A stretch of DNA of 63,162 nt, filler included, from Lenisia limosa (Eukaryota > Protista > Breviatea), in NCBI GenBank assembly GCA_001655205.1. It is 18 parts of 18 records of this genome, joined end to end, with 100 filler letters (N's around TTAATTAATTAA, not from the genome) between each part and the next. Parts side by side here need not be neighbours in the genome. Positions count along the whole stretch, not along the records: positions 55,166 to 63,162 come from LPNZ01010255.1; 17 more parts are not named here. One strand, 5' to 3'. A program made the position numbers and the translations under genes. Every line of letters begins with the position of its first letter. The stretch's first letter is position 1. The notes below the pieces were generated by a model, which was not told the DNA's origin, did not search any database, and saw only the letters and a program-made list of their open reading frames with translations. Positions 58,217 through 63,162 of this stretch are shown here, in pieces.

Positions 58217-61000
58217 CATAGCCAGGCTCGAACGCACGCTTGGCCTGAGCGAAACTGACGGTGACCTCTTCAGTGGTCATATTGTGCTCTTTCCCCTTGT
58301 CCTCATGCACCAACATCGTGACTGGTGGCTTGTTCTCGACTATTAGGTTAAAGCAGTCAGGATGCTAAACAGGAATGACATGTCTCCAGCCTCCTTGGAC
58401 TACAGTAGGTTATGTATGGTGCAATATTTGATCAAAATCAGTAAAATTCATGGATTTGGGGCGAGTGTTTGATCTCAACTATCAGGTTAAAATTGTTCCA
58501 AAAATCTCAAAGTTATTATTGAAAACTAGGTGCGAAAAGTAAGTACAAAGACAAATGAATTGAAGGCGAAATATTCACTGACAGGATAAGTTTTGACTGA
58601 TTATCGTTGAGAAAACATAGAAATCGGTCAAACTTATCCCGGTCACTGTATTTCATAAAACTGTGTCATTGACATGGCTACCCTGCTGTCTTCCGTATTG
58701 TTTGTGGCTTGGTTATATTAAAACTTTGTCATTTCTAGCATTTCAAAAACCGATTTTCACATGTTGTCCACAGGATGCAACAGCCAGGTCTGAAACAATA
58801 TCAAAAATTTCGACAATTTATCAAAAATACAAACAAATAGTCATATTTGGTTCGGAGTGAAGCCTGTTGGGTAACAGATATATGCTAGGTAGGACTGGCA
58901 ACCCATACAAATTGTAGAACCTGGCTTATTTTTTTATTTACTAGTGTCACCCCCGCCCTTTTTTCTAACACAGAACCCCATTTTATTAAATACTATGTCA
59001 ATATCCGTCCTACCAAGTGATTGGCTCTCAATAATGTTTGGAAACGTGTGGGGATCCTAAAAAGGTCAAATTGATACGTCATTGTAAAAGGTGAAAATGA
59101 AGGCTAAAAATAGGATGGAATTGTTTTAGCATTTGGAGCTACCAAATGACAAGTAATAAAAATGGTTATTTATGACAAACAAATTAAAAGGTCCATTTCC
59201 ATTTTTTTTCAAAAAAATTGCTATCAGTATGCAGGGGAGTGTACACACCTGTTGACCATGATCGTTCGGCCCTATAAGCCACATATTATTCCTGTCAAAC
59301 GTGGGGATTCGTTGGTGTAGAATGTTGTCTCTTCTTGCTGCTCTAGACGTACGGACATCAGAAATGAAACAAGGAGTTCTTACCACATAGACATAGTATA
59401 GCATTACAAATAACGAAATATCAGGCCGAATCCGTCCAGACCATCTTATTACAAGAGATATTGGATTGTTAAAAAGATACATAAGCCAAAAAACGATAAA
59501 CCGACAAACTCCGATATTTGTAAGGGCTGTGTATCTGGATAGTTCGGCCACTCTGGTCTTTTGGATTCTGAATCCTGGGTGTGTCAACGTTGACTAAGGC
59601 TTCATTGTGATCTGACTTTCCACAAATACCCGAACAATATCGATATTTTATCGGTCTTTTTCAAACCAGAGTAAAGCCCTATTGTTGACTCAGATCAAAA
59701 GCTTCGCTCAATTCCAAAACGAACCGGTAAAATATTGATTTGTCTTATACCGCCTCCCCCACAAGTTCGGTTGTCTTAGCTTTTTTGTGATTTCGAGCAG
59801 CCATGCGGATCTCAGACTGGTAATGAAGAGTTTCAGAAAGTCTCACTCTCTCTGAGGTTGTAATCTGAACTAGTTACCAAAGGGAAGCTTCGATCAATGT
59901 ATTTCAAACTCCCCACAAGGGTTATAAATATAATCAATCATTCCTTGGAAAGTTTAATGACCGCCAATAAACTGAACTGTTCTTCCGAACAAGTGCAACT
60001 TACCACCCCATTCATTTATCCCCTATCCCCCACCAGTCTTCCGTATTTTTTGTCATAGTCGAGTTGTTCTTCAAAGAGGTTGAAGGACTGTATGATGCTT
60101 GACTCCTTAACAATTTACAATTAACAATGGGTGAGCATATGTTTAATGACAAGGGACATACGGTCCGAAAAGGCCGGTTAATTATCTGCACCCCTCACAT
60201 GTGGTCTGTTGAATCGGTTGTTGTCAGGGTCGATTGCGTCTTCGAGGAAACGCTGGACTGCTTCCTCATCCTCTTCTAAAAATTTCATTGATATCTTTCA
60301 TTCCTTGTCTTCTTATATACATTTAGGGGAAATGGTGACGGGCTATCAGCATGATATTTTGTTTGAATATTATATGATATAGTTATTATGTATAATAGAC
60401 CCTATTCATTTATTTCTATTAATTATTGAAAGTTAAAATAAATAAGAGGAACTGGACAATCACCTTCTTAAATGATTCCGTTAAAGAGTAATTTGCAACA
60501 CTAAATAATATTGATTAAATATAATAGCCCATTTACCATGTTCTGTGGTAGTAGTGCTCATAAGGGTAACGGATGAAGAGGATCACCTGGGGGAAGATTA
60601 CATCAGAGTACGATTCAGAGTAAGAAACTATGTTTCCAGTTTTAACCAAGCTGTTTTTAAACATAACATTTATTTAATCAATGTGAATAGTATAACATAT
60701 ATCGATATATAGCAATGAGAAATAAATAATACGGTTGTATCTGGCCGAAGCCACGATTATAAGAGATATTTAATCAATGCAAACTCATTCGTTACACCAT
60801 TTGTGATGATTAGGAAGTAGGTCAGTGTTAGCAGTATTCTGGGGTGCTGTTCCAATTTAATCAATAATCGTCTATTCTTCCGTTTCACAGGACTACGGTG
60901 GAGGGTCTTGGGACAAGCTGGGGTGTATGATGAGGGGCTGAGGACCATGCAGAGGAGCTGCAGAAGGAGCTGGATGAAGTAGTTGCTTAAGTTGCCGCCA
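58217..61000 (-). CDS. Multi-exon gene, unknown product
   Basis: Exons VILFIRYPYEHYYHRTW, EEDEEAVQRFLEDAIDPDNNRFNRPH|ESSIIQSFNLFEEQLDYDKKYGRL and RDNILHQRIPTFDRNNMWLIGPNDHGQQ have GT donors. Extent uncertain. Confidence 0.45.
58576..58648. mobile_element. Family C MITE, degenerate
   Basis: cactgacaggataagttttgactgatt...aatcggtcaaacttatcccggtcactg|TA. Confidence 0.75.
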
Positions 61001-61361
61001 ACATGGCCAGGAAAACAAGTAGGCTAAACAATGTAGTAGGTAAATGAAAAGGAAAACAAGGGAGTTAAATGCGGTGTGGAAATAGGGTGGTGTTATGTTT
61101 TCATGTTTTATAGAAGTAGCTGTGTTGTATGAAATGAAGAATTGGGGCAAAGGATTGGAAGGCAGTTACTTCTTTTGGGATATACTGATGGAAATCATTG
61201 CGCCAACGAGGAGTGGCGGTGGCGTATATTAGTTTCAAAATTGGCAAATTGGCGAAAAAAAAAGATTTAATTATGTATAACTGCCAATTTGTGTAAGATA
61301 ACAAGCAAAGTTGAAAAGAGCGGAAGAAGAAGAAGACGATTTAGTTCCGTGGATCACTCCA

Positions 61362-62931
61362 ATGGAATGTAGCCTTCTAAGGCCTCTCCTGCCCTCATTG
61401 CTCTGTTTTGTCCTATGTCACATCCTTATATCCCCATGTAAGTCGTGCAGCATCGCTTTCCGCTCACCATTAGACCTCCTTGTCTCTGGTGAAGATTCCT
61501 CATATCTGATCCTCTCTTCAAACTACACAAACTCCACGTGTGCGCCGTGTGCGGAGGGAACTTATGCGTTTAATTCAAGTTGGTGATGGGATTATTGAAC
61601 GATTAGGCTATTTCATTGCTCTTCCCCCTTTTCTGTTAGTCAGTGGATCATCAATTGTGGAAGTAACACTGCTATCAACCAAACATCTTTCTGTTTCACC
61701 AACCTTAGCATCAACAGCTGTCTAACCTCTAGCCCACGCATCTTTTACCTCTTACTTACCAAACTCATCATCATCAAGGTTATTTCTCACCCATCTTAGC
61801 AACATCCCTTTCTCCCCATCTAAACAGCATTCCTCTCACCACACTTAACAAAATCTTTTACCCGTATCAGCAACATGTCTGTCCGATTGTGGGGTCGGGA
61901 CGGGGAACTGCACGGCGCCGAGCGGGTGTCTCCTTTGTCCGGAGGGCTCTGTGGCTATTTTAGAGGTGGGAGGTTATCATGAACAAATAATTGGGGGATG
62001 GGGGCTGATGTAGTTACGTTTTGGCCGCAACAATATTGGGCACACATCATCATTATCAACACTATCATCATCACAACCACCACCACCACGACCACCATCA
62101 TCATTATCAGTCATCACCACCATCATCATCACTCAGGGCTCGACACATTGCGAGGGGTGTCAGCCTGGATCCTACATGGTCAGCCAACGGGAGCCTTGTT
62201 CGACATGCCGGGCCGGGTTTTATCAAAACAGGTTGGGAGGCAATATTATATCATAGGTATATTTATCTGGGGAGGGGGTGTTCTAGATCTTGGGGTATGG
62301 GTTTCTCAAAATAGGTTNNNNNNNNNNNNNNNNNNNNNNNNNNNNNNNNNNNNNNNNNNNNNNNNNNNNNNNNNNNNNNNNNNNNNNNNNNNNNNNNNNN
62401 NNNNNNNNNNNNNNNNNNCATAGATAGAGTTTGTCATTATACATAATATCCTAACATAGATAGAGTTTGTCATTATACATAATATCCTACCATTAATAGG
62501 GAACTAATTTATAACCATCAATAGCATTTAATCACTAGCACTGCCATACTATCATTATCGTAATATTTCAGTCCCAATGTTGTAGTATATAGAGTCTTTA
62601 TAATTATTGATAGTATATCTATGACGTTAAACTTAATATCATCAAACATCCCTCTCATATTTATCCTGTCATATATCCACTGCTTATCATATTTTATGAA
62701 CATAAAACCAGAGATAAAACAATATCACCAACCATCTTAGTCCCANNNNNNNNNNNNNNNNNNNNNNNNNNNNNNNNNNNNNNNNNNNNNNNNNNNNNNN
62801 NNNNNNNNNNNNNNNNNNNNNNNNNNNNNNNNNNNNNNNNNNNNNNNNNNNNNNNNNNNNNNNNNNNNNCTTGCCATGCCTGTGCCGCCGGAACTTACAG
62901 CTCTCGGGGGTCCAGGACGTGTCAAGACTGT
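61362..62931 (+). CDS. Secreted or surface Cys-rich (GCC2/GCC3-like) protein, 5' part
   Basis: Hydrophobic start MECSLLRPLLPSLLCFVLCHILISP. Exons TCAPCAEGTYAFNS, CLLCPEGSVAILE, GSTHCEGCQPGSYM...CSTCRAGFYQN and CHACAAGTYSSRGSRTC show the CxxCxxGxY/F repeat. Confidence 0.8.
62044..62133 (+). repeat. Imperfect (CAT/CAC)n microsatellite, intronic
   Basis: Visible directly. Confidence 0.85.
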
Positions 62932-62966
62932 GGTCAAGGTTGGGGGAGTGGGGGTATCTATGGGCA

Positions 62967-63048
62967 GGGCTTCCCTATAGTCTGATAAAGATCGATATTT
63001 ATCGAGTTCATCGAGAAATTCAGTCTTTTTGGGACTGTAGGTAAGCCC
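62967..63048. mobile_element. Family B MITE
   Basis: gggcttccctatagtc...gggactgtaggtaagccc. Confidence 0.8.
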
Positions 63049-63162
63049 TGGGTATTGGTCGAGGAGGAGGTACGGGATATTGAGGAGGTTCCTAGAAAAT
63101 TTTGTTTCATAAATTATCTATTTTCACGTACGCATGAGTGATGGGACGCGCTGCAGCGACTG

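Noticed and set aside
2349-63048. Recurrent palindromes as a CRISPR array or terminators
   Set aside because: They are dispersed, irregularly spaced, in both orientations and TA-flanked in eukaryotic introns, which fits MITEs.
1-63162. rRNA, tRNA or an autonomous transposase/RT ORF
   Set aside because: No recognisable cloverleaf, rRNA motif, or DDE/RT coding segment was seen by eye. A covariance or profile search was not run.

Overview
This is a eukaryotic, intron-dense draft assembly from a flagellated protist-like organism (axonemal dyneins, a CFAP47-like gene and a WDR49/64-like gene). It is not one contiguous locus. Seventeen 100-nt spacers (44 N + TTAATTAATTAA + 44 N) join 18 pieces, so adjacency across them is unproven. 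By manual exon joining (GT-AG, standard code) I recognise a beta-alpha fused NAD(P) transhydrogenase, two dynein heavy chain fragments, an SH3-PX-BAR sorting nexin, a CFAP47-like gene, a myotubularin split by a very large insert, a WD40 gene, Cys-rich surface/multipass proteins, a prion-like Q/N/Y/G protein and several unknown genes. The most striking structure is non-coding. One dispersed repeat ends at 3' splice sites in sense orientation and at 5' splice sites in antisense orientation, and in two introns it does both, giving inverted termini (a candidate decayed TIR-type introner family). Several TA-flanked MITE families are very dense and show CpG decay. All exon models and family assignments come from reading motifs by eye; no searches were run.
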